Source of the DNA: Balanoglossus misakiensis
Taxonomy: Eukaryota > Animalia > Hemichordata
Reading direction: 5' to 3'
DNA: 64,000 nucleotides
Assembly (NCBI GenBank): GCA_040954595.2
Contig: CM082580.2
Span: 11,484,909 to 11,548,908 of the forward strand
Positions 14,901 to 27,815 of this stretch are shown here, piece after piece. The notes under the pieces were generated by a model. The model did not search any database. It saw nothing but the letters and a program-made list of their open reading frames with translations, and was not told where the DNA came from. Numbering within the stretch: position 1 is the stretch's first letter; every line of letters begins with the position of its first letter. Made by a program: the position numbers and the translations under genes.

Positions 14901-17334
14901 CAAAGCACCAATTGTTCAGTATACGCAAATCATCCATTCACTTTGAAAAGTACAAAGCTGAAGGATCTAGGAAGGCCTTGATAAGGTCATGGGAAAGAAT
15001 AGCCTTGTTTTCTTGAGGGCTATTTCCTGGTTTATTTTTATCCCTTCCCTCAGATGCAAACCATGCTGAAAGTTTAAAGGAGAGTCTTTATTTCATTGAC
15101 AGGTTTCAAAATTAGGCAGGGTTCTGTTCAGACATGTTTCACTGAATTTATAATGGGAGTACAAAGGCACTGATTTGACTTTTACCTGTTGGTGCTGCTT
15201 ATCTTCATCATCACTATCGCCTTCTTTGGTTTGTGTTTTCTCTTCTTTGCCAAGCACCCTATACGTGGATCTCTTCAGCTGTGATCGCTTGATCAGTCTG
15301 TCTTTATCACCCAGAATCTGCTGGATTTGTGTCACAGCCGATCTCTCGAAGGAGCTGAAAGACTGAAATATGGAAGAAATGACTGTGACTCTGTATGTAA
15401 GCGTGTGATTGTGGTTGCCTTATCGAACATGAGGCGGCATGGTGGCCTAGTGGTCAGGGTACTGGACTCACAATCAGAGGGTTGACTTTGCTATCTTACC
15501 TTGCTATTAATTTTTCCCGATGTTAATTTTGTCTTATCGTGCCATTTTTGTATGGTGTTATTTCTATACTGCTGGAAGTCTCTGTGTCTCTTTGTCAGGA
15601 AGTCGCCATAATCAGTAATTTCCAGCTTTCTTTTGCGATTGACCTCAGATCGCTCTGGTTTTCTTTCCTCTTCCTCATTATCACTTTCATCGCTTGTGAT
15701 TTCCTCATCACTATGGGTCGGAAGAGAAATGACTCACTGGTAATGACCTTCTAATAATGTTTATCCTCAAGGATATACAAATGGTAGTCATTTTTTGAAA
15801 TTATAGAGAAGTGAAAGGAAGAACTAAGATAGAGTCATTATATGAAAGACGAGAAAAGTCAGTGAAAACTCTACTTCTGCTACAACATATCAGTCGTTTT
15901 AAATGTCAATATTGCAATTGCTGCTGTCCCCCCCCCCCCCCTTTTACTTCTGAAGGGCTGGCTTCCTGTATGACGCAGAGTATAAGAGGAAGTGCAATTT
16001 GGTCATGTAAAGTGTTAGTAGGTCATATTAGCAGTAGCAACAAAATACCACTCTACACAAGTAATCAATTTTATAAATGGATACAACTCACCTTGTACCA
16101 CATATCAACAATAAAATTATGATTCTGAAAAGGCATAATATCCTAACCCCATTTTCTTCTGAAAGAAAACACCCTTTGGAAGCACTATACAAACACTCTG
16201 AGTCTCCATACCTTTCATCTTTCTGCACAGTGCCTCCTTCCACAAGATGGACTGTCTCTGGGTTCTGCAGGAACAGTGCCTGCTGTAACTCTGCCAGACT
16301 CCGCAGTAATTTCTTCAACTCTCGGCTCGCTGTACATAAAGATAAAACCCAATTTTACTTCAGTACTGCACGTAAAATCTGACAGTCAGAGCAATATGTA
16401 AGCCCAAAATAAATCAATATATCTTTATCAACCATGACATCACCCCATTCAAAATTCAGTACAGCTTGTTCCCTTTTTCAAATTAAACAAGACCCAAACC
16501 AATGATTTTTTTTCTTTAAAAAAACCCCCCAAATATTTACCTTTCTTGTTGGCTTCCTGGTATTCTTGGCCCCCATTGGTCAGAAAATCTTGAAATGTAT
16601 CATGTTGTGGAAGCTGATTGGCTGTCACTAGAGTTTTTTGGAGTCGTATTCGCCCCTCAAGTAGATTGTCCCATATATCTAAAATAGTTGACACCCAAAA
16701 TGCCGTTCACAAATGCGTAAAAAAAACAGTCAAAATATTTAAAACCTCAGAGGTGAGGATTTCAGGGGCAATTAAACACAGGTTAAAAATTTATTTTCAC
16801 TGATCCAAAATTTCTGAAATTCAGATAGTGCCTACTTCCTGACTGAGAACCACTTTACCTATCTGGTCCTTGACTGCTTTGCCCTTCGTGATCTCCTCGT
16901 CGTGATCCGTCTTTGAGAAGCTCTGAACACCGCCCTCTTGTGTCTGGTCACCATTTTCTTCTGACTCGTCACCAGTGTCAGGTGAACTGCCATCGCCAAT
17001 GTCCGACCCTGTACATGATAGACACACAGAGACGTATTATCACACAAATGTGCAGACATGTAGATGATGGACAATATATGATTTCTACATATTATTTTCA
17101 CTGCATCTTGAAGTTACTCTCGGAATTAAACAGTCTCACCTTCAGCACTTGATTCATCCTCTGAATCATCTTCTTCAGCAAACTCATCGTCAAAACGACT
17201 GAAGTCTCCATCAAAAGTGAATTTCTCAGCCTTGCTTGGACTGACATCATCATCATCATCACTATCACCTTTCTTTGTGATGTCATCATTATTTGTGTAC
17301 TCTATGTCATCATCTTGGATGATGTCACCACCAC

Positions 17335-17366
<32 letters not shown>

Positions 17367-18426
17367 GACAGTTCACCATGCTCACCAGCATCTAATATGG
17401 GATTGAAAAATGACAAACCTTCTGATAAATTCTTACATGCATGCCCTATGTTCTCCTTAATCAATCAGTTAACAATATTCTCTAAAAGCAAGAACAACAC
17501 ACACACGCAATTCTCTCAGTGAGAAGATATGCTCATTAAGTCATGTCATATGTCATGATCTCAAATCTTTAAGCCATCTCTGTTTAAATTAGATATTAAT
17601 AATATATAGTCATCATAATGTAAACACAGAACAATATCTCAGTACTGACCTGATTGGTCACTTTCACTGCCACTTTCACCCTGTAGTGATCTCCTGGAGA
17701 CAGTCCTCCCTGCATACTTCTTATCATGGTCTGACAGTAGAGTTACAGTTTTCTTTCGGAGTGAACTCACTTGGGTATCAAAGTCGTCGTCATCATCATT
17801 GTCACTTTCTTGATCCACTACCTTGGCAGCAGTTTCTGTAGGGGGGGGGGGGGGGGGTAGAAATAAGAGAAATCCATTCTTGTTAATATGGCAAACAGTT
17901 TCAATTATATTTAATTATTATATTTTACACAAAATACAACCTATCAAGTTGGATCTACAGTATTTCTACAAAAGCCAATCATGGACTTTGGTATGTCCGC
18001 TAATCTGGTTTCTGATTGGCCAAAAATACACAATGGTGACCACACAGTGCAAGATCGTCACCTTTGACCAATTACGTTCACAACGACAAACTTTCAGGCG
18101 TTTAAGCACTGAGTCGTGCAGAATGCTCTACAAAACAAATCTAATAAGTTCCTTTTGGAGTTCTGGACCACGATCTTGTTATAAAAAAATATTTCTTCTA
18201 TTAAAGAGGGCTGCTTGGCACTGGCCACTACTCGTTAGAGATGCCACACCGTTTCTGGTCATCCATGTGAACGGTAGAAGTGATCGGAAAACAGTCCTAT
18301 TATTATTAATAATAAACATACCAAACGAGATGACTTACCATTGTCGAAAAATTCCTCTGGATCTCGAAATTCTGGCTCTGGGTTGCTCAGTCGAGCTATT
18401 TCTTCAGCCAAACTTCTCTTAGGCAT
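11993..18426 (-). CDS. AATF: Protein AATF / Che-1 / Bfr2 (TRAUB domain), 13 coding exons, ~558 aa
   Basis: Exons 18426-18339, 17835-17650, 17391-17140, 17008-16859, 16678-16541, 16329-16212, 15710-15500, 15362-15186, 14426-14349, 13494-13433, 12864-12784, 12298-12227, 12056-11993 (1677 nt, in frame). Diagnostic motifs: [77 protein letters not shown], plus an acidic N-terminal region. Confidence 0.97.
15431..15484 (+). mobile_element. tRNA-derived SINE head fragment in an AATF intron
   Basis: GGCGGCATGGTGGCCTAGTGGTCAGGGTACTGGACTCACAATCAGAGGGTTG has a Pol III A-box (TGGCCTAGTGG) and a tRNA-like 5' half. It is truncated before any B-box or T-arm, so it is not a tRNA gene. Confidence 0.55.
17335..17365 (-). 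repeat. (GAT)n trinucleotide repeat encoding poly-Asp in AATF exon 3
   Basis: (CAT)n/(ATC)n run on + translating to a [10 protein letters not shown] tract. Confidence 0.85.
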
Positions 18427-19660
18427 TTCTGCTTAGGCTTCCAAACACACATGTGTCCGTGTTATGAACAGTAAAAGTATCCTACATTTAGCAAACTGTG
18501 TGTTCGTCAGAGCAGTCGATAATCCGCAGAGATGCAGGAACAGATCATTGAAGAAGAATGGCCATTATACGATTAAATTAGTATTTAATCTTCATTTTAC
18601 TTTAAATTTGAACCACAATATTTTACCCGTCAATCCAAAATATCATCCAACAAACTTGGAAAACGTAGCTACAAATTAGGAATATGAAGTAACACACTTT
18701 GCTCGCTTGAGGGCGCCCACACACGACATTTGCAACAAACGAACGCTAAATATTCTTAGCTCCAGTGCGGGGACAGTCCTAGGATTCGCAGCTCCGGTAC
18801 GGGGACAGCATTTGACTTAGGTCCTGTAATTCACAAGACCAAAAGTCAAAGAATCTAAAAGTGGACCAATTCATTGTGTGTATATCTTTTATTAAAAATA
18901 ATTTAGACATTTCTTACATGATGAAAAATTTGACAGAAATAGCAAGTCTTGCAATACATTAAAAAGACACAAAATACTGACTATCAACTCTTAAAGATAT
19001 AAATTTCAACATACAAATGAAAGAACAGTTCTCAAGAAAAGATTATGTGGAACATGACAAATAATTACTATTATTCAACAGAGACTTAATTTTACTTCCC
19101 ATTTAGGCAGTAATGTAAACTATGCCAAAAACTTCTTGGCATTAAATTTGTATATTAAGGTTGTTGGTGTCCAATGGCACACATACAGCGGGTAACAATA
19201 TGAGCTTTTCCACACTAAGCAAAAATATATCAAGTTCAGTTGATCAGTCAGAGATTGTATGGATGTCAGCTTACAATCTTTCAAGAAAACAAAAGAAAAA
19301 TACTCCATTCAGTATATAAGGTTCATACAAAAAATTCATAAAGGTGGACATATTGCAAATATTTGATTGTATATGATAAAAATCTCCAAATGTTCTTATA
19401 AGATAATAAATACTAATCTAAGTGACACAAACCTACAAGTCATGCAGACATCTCATAATTTATCAATCTCTGCAGCCATGTTCCACCTACAGTTTATCTG
19501 AATTATGTCTAGTGTAAGAATGGTTGATCATTTTACATACAATTGTTTAATCTGACATGTAAAATGATTTTATTACATGGACACAAACACAACATTATAG
19601 AAAAATAGTTCAATATTTTGTTGACACCAACTCTGATCCAGCAATGTAAATTCTAAAATG

Positions 19661-20743
19661 TTACTTTGACTTAACAATGTACCAAATTACAAAGAAAACA
19701 AAAAGTGAAAACAGTAGAAGATAGAGAATATATCTATTGTGTCCGGCAGCAGCCATTCTTTTAAGTCGCCCCATTGTTGATGATAACAGCCCATGTGATT
19801 TGTCAAAATCATCATCCTGTAATCAAACAGACAGAGGAATATTAGACACATATATTAGTCATTATAGACACAGAGTTTATTTGAGAAAATGAACTTACCA
19901 TTTCCCTGAGCATTTTATTCTGTGTTCTGACCTCTTCTCCAATATCAATACTGAGCTGCACAAGAAAGGGGAAAAAACATTAAATTTTGTATGGCTAATC
20001 ATTTGCTGTGATTAATAAAAAATACAATGTAATCCCATATCCCGTATCTATTTCAAGTGTACATCAGCAGTCAGTGATTCAGAAACTAACACTTAGCGAC
20101 TGTGCAATTCATTCATGCTGTGGGTTTTAAAACTTACTTCTTTGAGTTTTGACACTTTAGCATGAAGTCCATCTGTCAATTGCTCATTTTCATCTTCTAA
20201 CATCTCGTTACTCTGGTACACTCCATGATTGTGATCTACTGACATAAAGGGCAGTCACACATTAGGAATCCATCCTAAGTCTACAATGTTGTTACATTAT
20301 GATGTTCAAGTTGCAATTTCACCACTATAGAGCATAATGGAATATAGCTCTAGTACAGGTCTGTGTGTTCCCGGCGTAACACGGCCTTGTACGCAGAGCT
20401 AACAGCGCAGCCAGCTGTGGGAAATGGACATGAAACCAGACTACAGAGTAGTACATAGCAGCATGGAGGTACCTCCATGATAGCAGGGATCTGACCTTTG
20501 GGGAGCCACTAAATGCCGAAGATCAGCGAACAGGAAGCAGCAAAGATCATGAAACAGAGTGAAACTGTTTGCACAGGCCAATGGCATTCAGCCACGCGAC
20601 AGTTTCACTTCGGTCGCGACCGGTCGACCAAAAGCGAGACATATGTTTGCATGCCAATCAATTTGTAGGGTTTCGAAGAAGTCCCAAGGACAGGTCTGTC
20701 AGTTCTGGAACAGGTCATACTTACATCCCGCTGTCCGCCTCAT
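19661..20743 (-). CDS. BET1: BET1 ER-Golgi Qc-SNARE, 4 exons, 110 aa
   Basis: Exons 20743-20725, 20238-20138, 19955-19899, 19816-19661: MRRTAGL...LEDENEQLTDGLHAKVSKLKELSIDIGEEVRTQNKMLREMDDDFDKSHGLLSSTMGRLKRM...YILYLLLFSLFVFFVIWYIVKSK*. SNARE coiled coil plus C-terminal TM anchor. Confidence 0.96.
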
Positions 20744-21248
20744 TTTGTAGGATTTTCCACCTGTTATAAACAAATCATTCAAACCCAGGGTCTCCCGTAC
20801 TCATAAACACTTTCCTTCAACACTCACGCGGAAGTTGCGTCAATCCGAGGAATACCCACCGGGTCGTCGTGGGTTGAGTTGGCAGTATGACGTCATGCAT
20901 CCTCTGTCAACAGCTAAAATATCAAGTATATGAATCCATATATAATTTGATATAAATAGATAATATTATGATTAATATGATATGTGAGATATCACTTTGA
21001 GGCCATATGACATAATATTAGTGTGGTAAACTTGTGAACTATCCGGAATTCCTTCTTGTATATTGAGTGAGCCTGACTACTGCAGAATTGCGCAGACGCG
21101 GTTATGGTAATTTTTTTGTGGCGGACATTTTGAGTTTCCCGCAATTTCGTTCGCACAACGCGCCTGCATAGTGGAAGACGTTTTGGACACCTGTAGGCGT
21201 TCATGTCATATTGAAATTTAGTGAGACTACTCAGCATGATGCTTAAAG
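20744..21248. promoter_or_regulatory. Bidirectional CpG-rich promoter shared by BET1 and PKMYT1
   Basis: Start codons diverge ~505 bp apart; CRE TGACGTCA at 20888-20895, ETS-like CGGAAG at ~20829, E2F-like TTTCCCGC at 21135-21142. Confidence 0.7.
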
Positions 21249-24200
21249 ATGGACGGTTTCAAAAGTCCTCGACCAACGCCGAAATTCTTTCAAGAACCAG
21301 CTCCATTTTCGCACAAAAAGGTTGGTATAGTTTGGCTTGTCGAAGTGCAGAATGTTGTTGGTTTCGGTGTTCAATGCCTGGCAGGAGACGCCTACATTTA
21401 TTTATGTAACGATATAGTTGTGTTCCAAGTGACAGACATGAAAACAATGTTGCCTGGTGATCACTTGACGCCCGTTTTGAAAAAACAGTAGACCATGCAA
21501 AGCACGTGAGACGTGGCCGCAGATATCCCCCGACTAGACATACAAACCCTACGAGGCTACGTCATGTTGTTGTTGACGTCACTCGAACATCATCGATGTC
21601 TCACGTATCCAATTATTTTTGCTGGAAGTTTTTTTAATTACGATATTTATACTATTGCACAAACGTTGTCATCGTAGTCTACACTAAAAGTAACGGTCTT
21701 CATGCGTTTTAAATTAGATTTTAAAAATCGAATGCATTGCTTCTACAAACATGTCTCATCTTGTTGCCCAGTCACTCCATTGTTACAACTTTAATTGTAA
21801 ACAGGAGAGGCGAGACGGTAATAAAACCATCTCTTTCGCAGTTTACGGTTACTTAGATAATCAAAACGAAACTGTCTGTTTGATGTACTTATTGTCTTTT
21901 CCATTGTCAGTGATAATTTGGGAGACAAATAAACCGGATGTTGTCAGTTGCAATTGCTAGTTAGTCTGATTTTAACCTTATTATTATTTATTTATTTATT
22001 TGGTTGTATTTGCAGGATTTGGGTACTCCCAGAGATGCAATACCGCCAAGACCACCTGTCAAGAGTGCCCCACCCATCAGTCGATTGTTTCCACATGTTG
22101 TTAAAGAGCAGCAAAGAGCACAGGCTGTCTCATTCAGATCATCAGAAAGTTGTATCCTTGGAGTCAAGTTGTGAAATCCTAAAAGGTCATCCAGGGATAT
22201 CAGATTATTTGTCATTCATTTTGGTTAGATTAGAAATGAGAAAAGTTTCTGTATTAATTAATATCCTTAACATGAACTTTAGCGTATATGAACAGCCCCC
22301 TTTATGATGAAGGAAGAAGGGATCTTTACTTTGATCAGTGCTTTGAAATTGAACGCAAACTGGGAGTGGGATCATTTGGAGAGGTGAGTAACTCCTATTT
22401 GGTTGTTTGTGTGGAGAACTTGGAAAAACATTAAAGCTGGCTTTTCATACATTGCATTTTTCAGCACACAATATAAATATCTATGTTTTTGTTGGCATAG
22501 AATGCAAATCTAGCTTTCCATGTATGTTACACTGTTTAGTTATGTTTTATTTTTCATAACTCTCTTGGTATACTCCAGGTATTCAAAGTTCGCAGCAAGG
22601 AAGATGGTAAATTTTATGCAATCAAAAGGTCCAGAGAGAGATTTCGAGGAGAATCTGACAGGTAGTGTACATTCTTCCCAATACTGACCATTGAGCTGAG
22701 AGATTGATGCTGGAAATAATGGTTATTTCAGCTGACCTTCATGGCATGTTCAATACACCAATACTTGCGATAGTCGACTATTATCAATGTTAATTGATGC
22801 CAAGGCTCAAATCAGCATTGCCCATAACATATATGCAGAATGATTCCAAGTTAAATAGTGTATTTCATACGGCAACAATTAGGCAGTAATGCATAACAGG
22901 AAATTTGTAGTAATTTCTACTATACCGTTCAACACTCCACAGGAAAAGGAAACTGGAAGAAGTGAGAAAGCATGAAGATCTGCCTAAACATGCTAATTGT
23001 GTACAATTTTACAAGGCCTGGGAGGAAAAGGGTCACTTGTATATACAGACAGAGTTATGTGACCAAAGGTAGTGTATTATTACAATTTTGTAGATGTTAT
23101 ACTTTAGAGGAAAACATATCTGTGCACGACTCCCACTCAGTACTGATAACTGTGGCTAAATATGCATGCGTAATTTTAATTAAGAGTAATTAAAACTGTC
23201 TAGAAGACAAAGTCTTCTAAGATCTTTCAATCCCCAGTTAGCCAAGCCAAATATCATTTCCACTGCTACCTGTGCACATTGTAGAATATCAGCCATAACT
23301 TGTCATCGTTTTAATGTCTATTTTCCATTGGTGATCTCTTTCAGTCTACAACAGTTTGCGGAAACCAACCACGATATTCCAGAGGAGACCATATGGGATA
23401 TATTGATTGATCTTCTGGAGGTGCGTAGTTATCTGCTGAGACTGTAAATTTGTCCAAGTTAGAGGAATTATGTGCGGTTGATGCTAATGTAACCTTTCCT
23501 TAGTGGGCAATTACAATGCATGGATCAAACGCCCTTGTCAGACATTTTTTTATGCCTCTGGTGTTTGTAGCATGAAATATAAATCCTAAATTCTCACAAA
23601 TGCCAGCCAGACATAGAGAGAAACTTTGGCATTTGTGCGACTGCTAGCAGCATTATTAATAATACTCAACAATATGCATTTGGTGTGAAATATTTGCCAT
23701 TTTTCTCAGAAACGATATGCTCTAATAAAAATGATTAGTTTTCCCTGCTCAGTAAATTTTAATTTCCTGTTTTATATTTTTTTTCTTGCAGGGTGTGCAA
23801 CATCTTCATGACCACAATCTAATCCACATGGATATCAAACCTGCCAATATTTTTGTTTCCATGGACAAAGTTTATAAGTTGGGAGATTTTGGGTTGGTGC
23901 TAGAAATTGTTAAGGTTAGTACATGTAGACTTGTGGTATCAGTTTAGTAAACCTTCCTCTCAGCTCACATTTGCTTTGAACCCAGCTTTGAAGAGAGCTT
24001 CATTCTAGCACAGTTCTGTGTATTCATAATTTTTCCTTCCAAACACAGAGTGATTTGTCCGAAGCCCAAGAAGGCGATCCCAAGTACCTGGCCCCAGAGT
24101 TACTCCGAGGAAAATTTGGAAAACCTGCCGATGTTTTCAGGTAGGTAGATGTGTTAGTTGTTAATGTGGCTTTGATATCCGTTTGTTGTGAATAGAAATT

Positions 24201-26027
24201 TGCCCTGTACATGACAGGGCAAATTTAGGAGTGACAGTCTGTGTGTTGATAATGTAAAGGAACTCAACTACAGTGTATTTTTCTTTTTCACGTTTACAGT
24301 CTTGGTATAACCATTTTAGAGTTGGCATGTGATCTTGAACTTCCCAGAGGAGGAGATCCGTGGCATCAACTGAGAAATGGAAATATGCCCGCACAATTTA
24401 CACATGGTAAGAAAATGGTGAATTAACCGTTTGTTGTATTGAATTTCAGTCTGTAGTATTCTTGATAAAATTCTGAATGAATACCTATCATACATGTATT
24501 TAATTTGACCAAATTGTTAATCTCTTTCAGGTCTATCTGATGATCTTTTTAATGTCATTTACACAATGATGGAACCGAATGACAACCAGAGATTGGGTCT
24601 GGCGGAGGTTCTGGCTATTCCGGTCGTCAAGAGGCAGAGGAGACGCCGGAACAGGCAGCTGAGACTGCGGAAAGTGTGGACTCAGATCCTGGTGTTCTAC
24701 CAATTGCTGTACACACTGTTTCACACGGCGTGCGCCGCAGTGTCCTACCCGGTGAGACTTCTCCGGAAAGACCGGAATTGGAATTCCGAGTTGCCCAATC
24801 TCACTCCGAAGAGTAAAAGACATCCATCCGAGTGGGACTACAGCTTCTCAGATGGTGAGTAAATTAAAGGCAGACGATTGTCTTATTAGCTCGTACGTAG
24901 AGCACACATGGTGACAGAAGTGAATACAAGAATGGTGTTGAAAATTGATGCTGTGTAAAACCCTTCCATCTGTGGTCAGTCATTGAGAAATTGTTTCAGC
25001 CATTGAGTTCTGGAAAATGCTGCAATTTGAAAGTACCCTCAGAAAGTCTTTGAAAGTCTTAGAAAAACAATTTCTCCCGTTGGTCATTACAGTGTCTAAT
25101 GAAAAATATCTTGTGTTTCAGATGACTGTTTTACTGATGAAGTGAGCATTACAAACAATTCCATCGGCATACCGATCATGAACAGTTCAACTTCCAGTGA
25201 AGATGATTCCATGAAGTTTAGAATTTCCAATCCCTCACCAAGGTCAGTTTGGTCAATAAATTTCAGCCACATTTGGACTGACTTCTTTCAATCCCTATGT
25301 GCAAAAAATTTCCCAAAATATAGCAAATAATGGGAGTAATGTGATTTGTGTTTCCTTCACAGGATCAGCTGTGTCTCGACCCCACTGGCCTCTACTCATA
25401 AATATTCTCCAATTCCAAGAACTTCTTCTCCTGTGACAAACCTTTTGAGTTCTAAAATTGGGAGGTGAGTGCATGTGCATGAGACATTGTGCCTTCCAAG
25501 CCAATACAACACTCCCACTGACTTGACAAACTCACTGGTGACACAATCATATTTCACACCATTGTCACATACCGGTTGATTTTAGTCACCTTCATCACCT
25601 TTCTACCAGAGAACTTAAGATTTGTTTCAATTATGTTTTCAGATACACTCCACAAAACAGCCCCAGCATTAGCAGTGTCCATGGCAATAACTCCTACACC
25701 CCTAGCAACAGTAGCTGTAGCAACAGTCTGATTGACAACGACGACATATCCTTCAAGCCGGGAATTGAACCCAAAAACTTGATGGAGGTAAGGCATTGTG
25801 TCTCTGCAGTAGACTTTATTTCAATTTTGAGAACAAACCATACATGGGAAATGTCATTTTATCTTCCCAAGCACTGCTGATTTCGATTAAGCAGAGAAAA
25901 TTTCTGTTTGTGGGCTTAAGCAGGAGGGTGATCATAGGTGTACATGACCCATAGCTAACTCTAGATTTTCCTTCATTTTTTTCACCAATAGGTATTCGAA
26001 GATGCTGCCATGTCAGATTCAGACTGA
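21249..26027 (+). CDS. PKMYT1: Membrane-associated Tyr/Thr CDK1-inhibitory kinase Myt1, 14 coding exons, ~547 aa
   Basis: Exons 21249-21320, 22016-22151, 22283-22383, 22579-22661, 22943-23068, 23345-23420, 23792-23914, 24049-24140, 24300-24406, 24531-24854, 25122-25242, 25363-25464, 25643-25787, 25992-26027 (1644 nt). Motifs: [77 protein letters not shown]; hydrophobic membrane segment [16 protein letters not shown]; C-terminal [11 protein letters not shown]. Confidence 0.96.
22152..22282 (+). other. U12-type (minor spliceosome) GT-AG intron in PKMYT1
   Basis: 5' site GTATCCTT, branch site TCCTTAAC at 22264-22271, AG at 22281-22282; splicing here restores the frame ([13 protein letters not shown]). 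Confidence 0.85.
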
Positions 26028-27815
26028 ATGGAAAAAAAAGACTATATTTGCAGATAATTCATTCAACATAGCTATAAGTACTTATATTTTATCATGTTTG
26101 AAATTTAGTTGATGGCAGTGTTGTTTAAGCAAAGTTAGACATTAATAAATATATTGTAATTAGAGCTTGTATTCCTTTGGTTGGAGGAAACCAAATATTG
26201 GCATTTTTGTATAAAAAGATTACCCTTCAGATATATGTTGTTTATATTGGTTTTCTTGATTTTGAGTCGAATACAATTCTTTCTAGATGTGAGGGAAAAC
26301 AACAAAGTTATTTTTTTTTCACTGCCCAACATTTATAAATACCCGGTATATCCTTATTGAAAGACATCACCTGAATGAATGTTTGTAATTTAATGTTTTA
26401 TATCCTGTTCTGTTAATTGTTAATGAGATGTACAAATCATGTATGGTACAAAATATCAACCAAAAAGTGTTTTCATATATTTTTAGACTGAGATAAGAAA
26501 ACTGCCATTGAATATGCAACACAAATTCAGTCTTTTTTTACCTGTAGGTAAACTTGTATTCTTTTCTGACTGGTTACGTTTCATGTTTAAAATTGACTTT
26601 TGGTAACGCAGAGCAAATATTAAATATTTATTTTTGTCTATTGAATGGTACTTTTTGCAATAATATTCTGAATTCATAAAATGTACAAGTTTGTAATGGT
26701 TTTCTGCTTGGTTGCCAGCATTGAAAGTTCTTCTTGGAAATTGAAGTAACATAAAATCCTATATTTTCGAGGGTTTTTCACGGAAAGTGGCTTAGTAAGG
26801 ATGAGATCTGTACTGGACCAATTTAAAGGTCAATTCTTGGGACTGTTTGCCTTATATACTAGTAATCAGCATTTCAGACAAACCAAAAACACTAGCAACT
26901 TTAACCCATACTCTGATTTTTTAAAAATCCCTTTGTGTTCAATATATAATTGGAACCATTTAATGAAGATCACATTTATAGCAGATCACACTTTTTCTAG
27001 TTGTGTTGAATGACTTTTACACACGTTATACCTTACACCTTCACTGCCAAACGTTTTTACTTCTCAAACCATTATACACGTATATAGCCATACAATCCTT
27101 GCCTGGTAAAATTTAATATGCTTTATTACTATTGTCTTGTTTGTTCTGGAAATGTCATCAATGACATGTTAAGTTACAGAATTAACACAAAATTTTACAT
27201 GATAATGCAGTGCCTGGATTTTAAAAAATCTCTTCAAATCAAAAACCAGTTGCTGTTCAGTTGTCCAGAGACTAACTTCACATTGTGTATGGAACAAATT
27301 ATCAATGTTGTTGACATTTTATTTGAAAGAGATATTTTCATTGTGTCTCTGAAACTTTCAATGAGTAATTTAATCAACACCTGATCCCAACTTCCACAAA
27401 TTTGACCTGATTATGGAAGAATGAAGGTTCTATGTCTGCCAATAGTACAGTGTTCCAAGTTTATAGATAACCATGCTGTTGTATTATCTACAAAAACCTT
27501 GATAATAATTTGTACTGTCAGATCCAATGCCAGAAGTAATAAACTTCCATATAAGTATACTAATACGCTTTTGTCTTTTTTGAAAACATTGTCTTGATTC
27601 AAGTAATGAATGAATCTATTAAAAATTCTCTAATAGACAATAAGAATGTGAAAACACCGTTCCCTTTGTGTCCCACAGTGTATAAAACAAGACAATGTGA
27701 TAAAGTTGAGGCCTACATGATCTGTTCCAAGATACACAGTTCTGTTTTATTATTTTTACATGTACATTATTACCAGAGTGAAATGTCTTTGTCGCCAGAA
27801 TCAGTTGTCAAAACT

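Noticed and set aside
15431-15484. Possible tRNA gene
   Set aside because: Only an A-box and 5' half are present, with no T-arm/B-box or closing acceptor stem; treated as a SINE relic.
17823-18422. 199-aa + strand ORF
   Set aside because: It is antisense to AATF exons 1-2, spans an intron and a poly-G run, and has no recognisable protein features.
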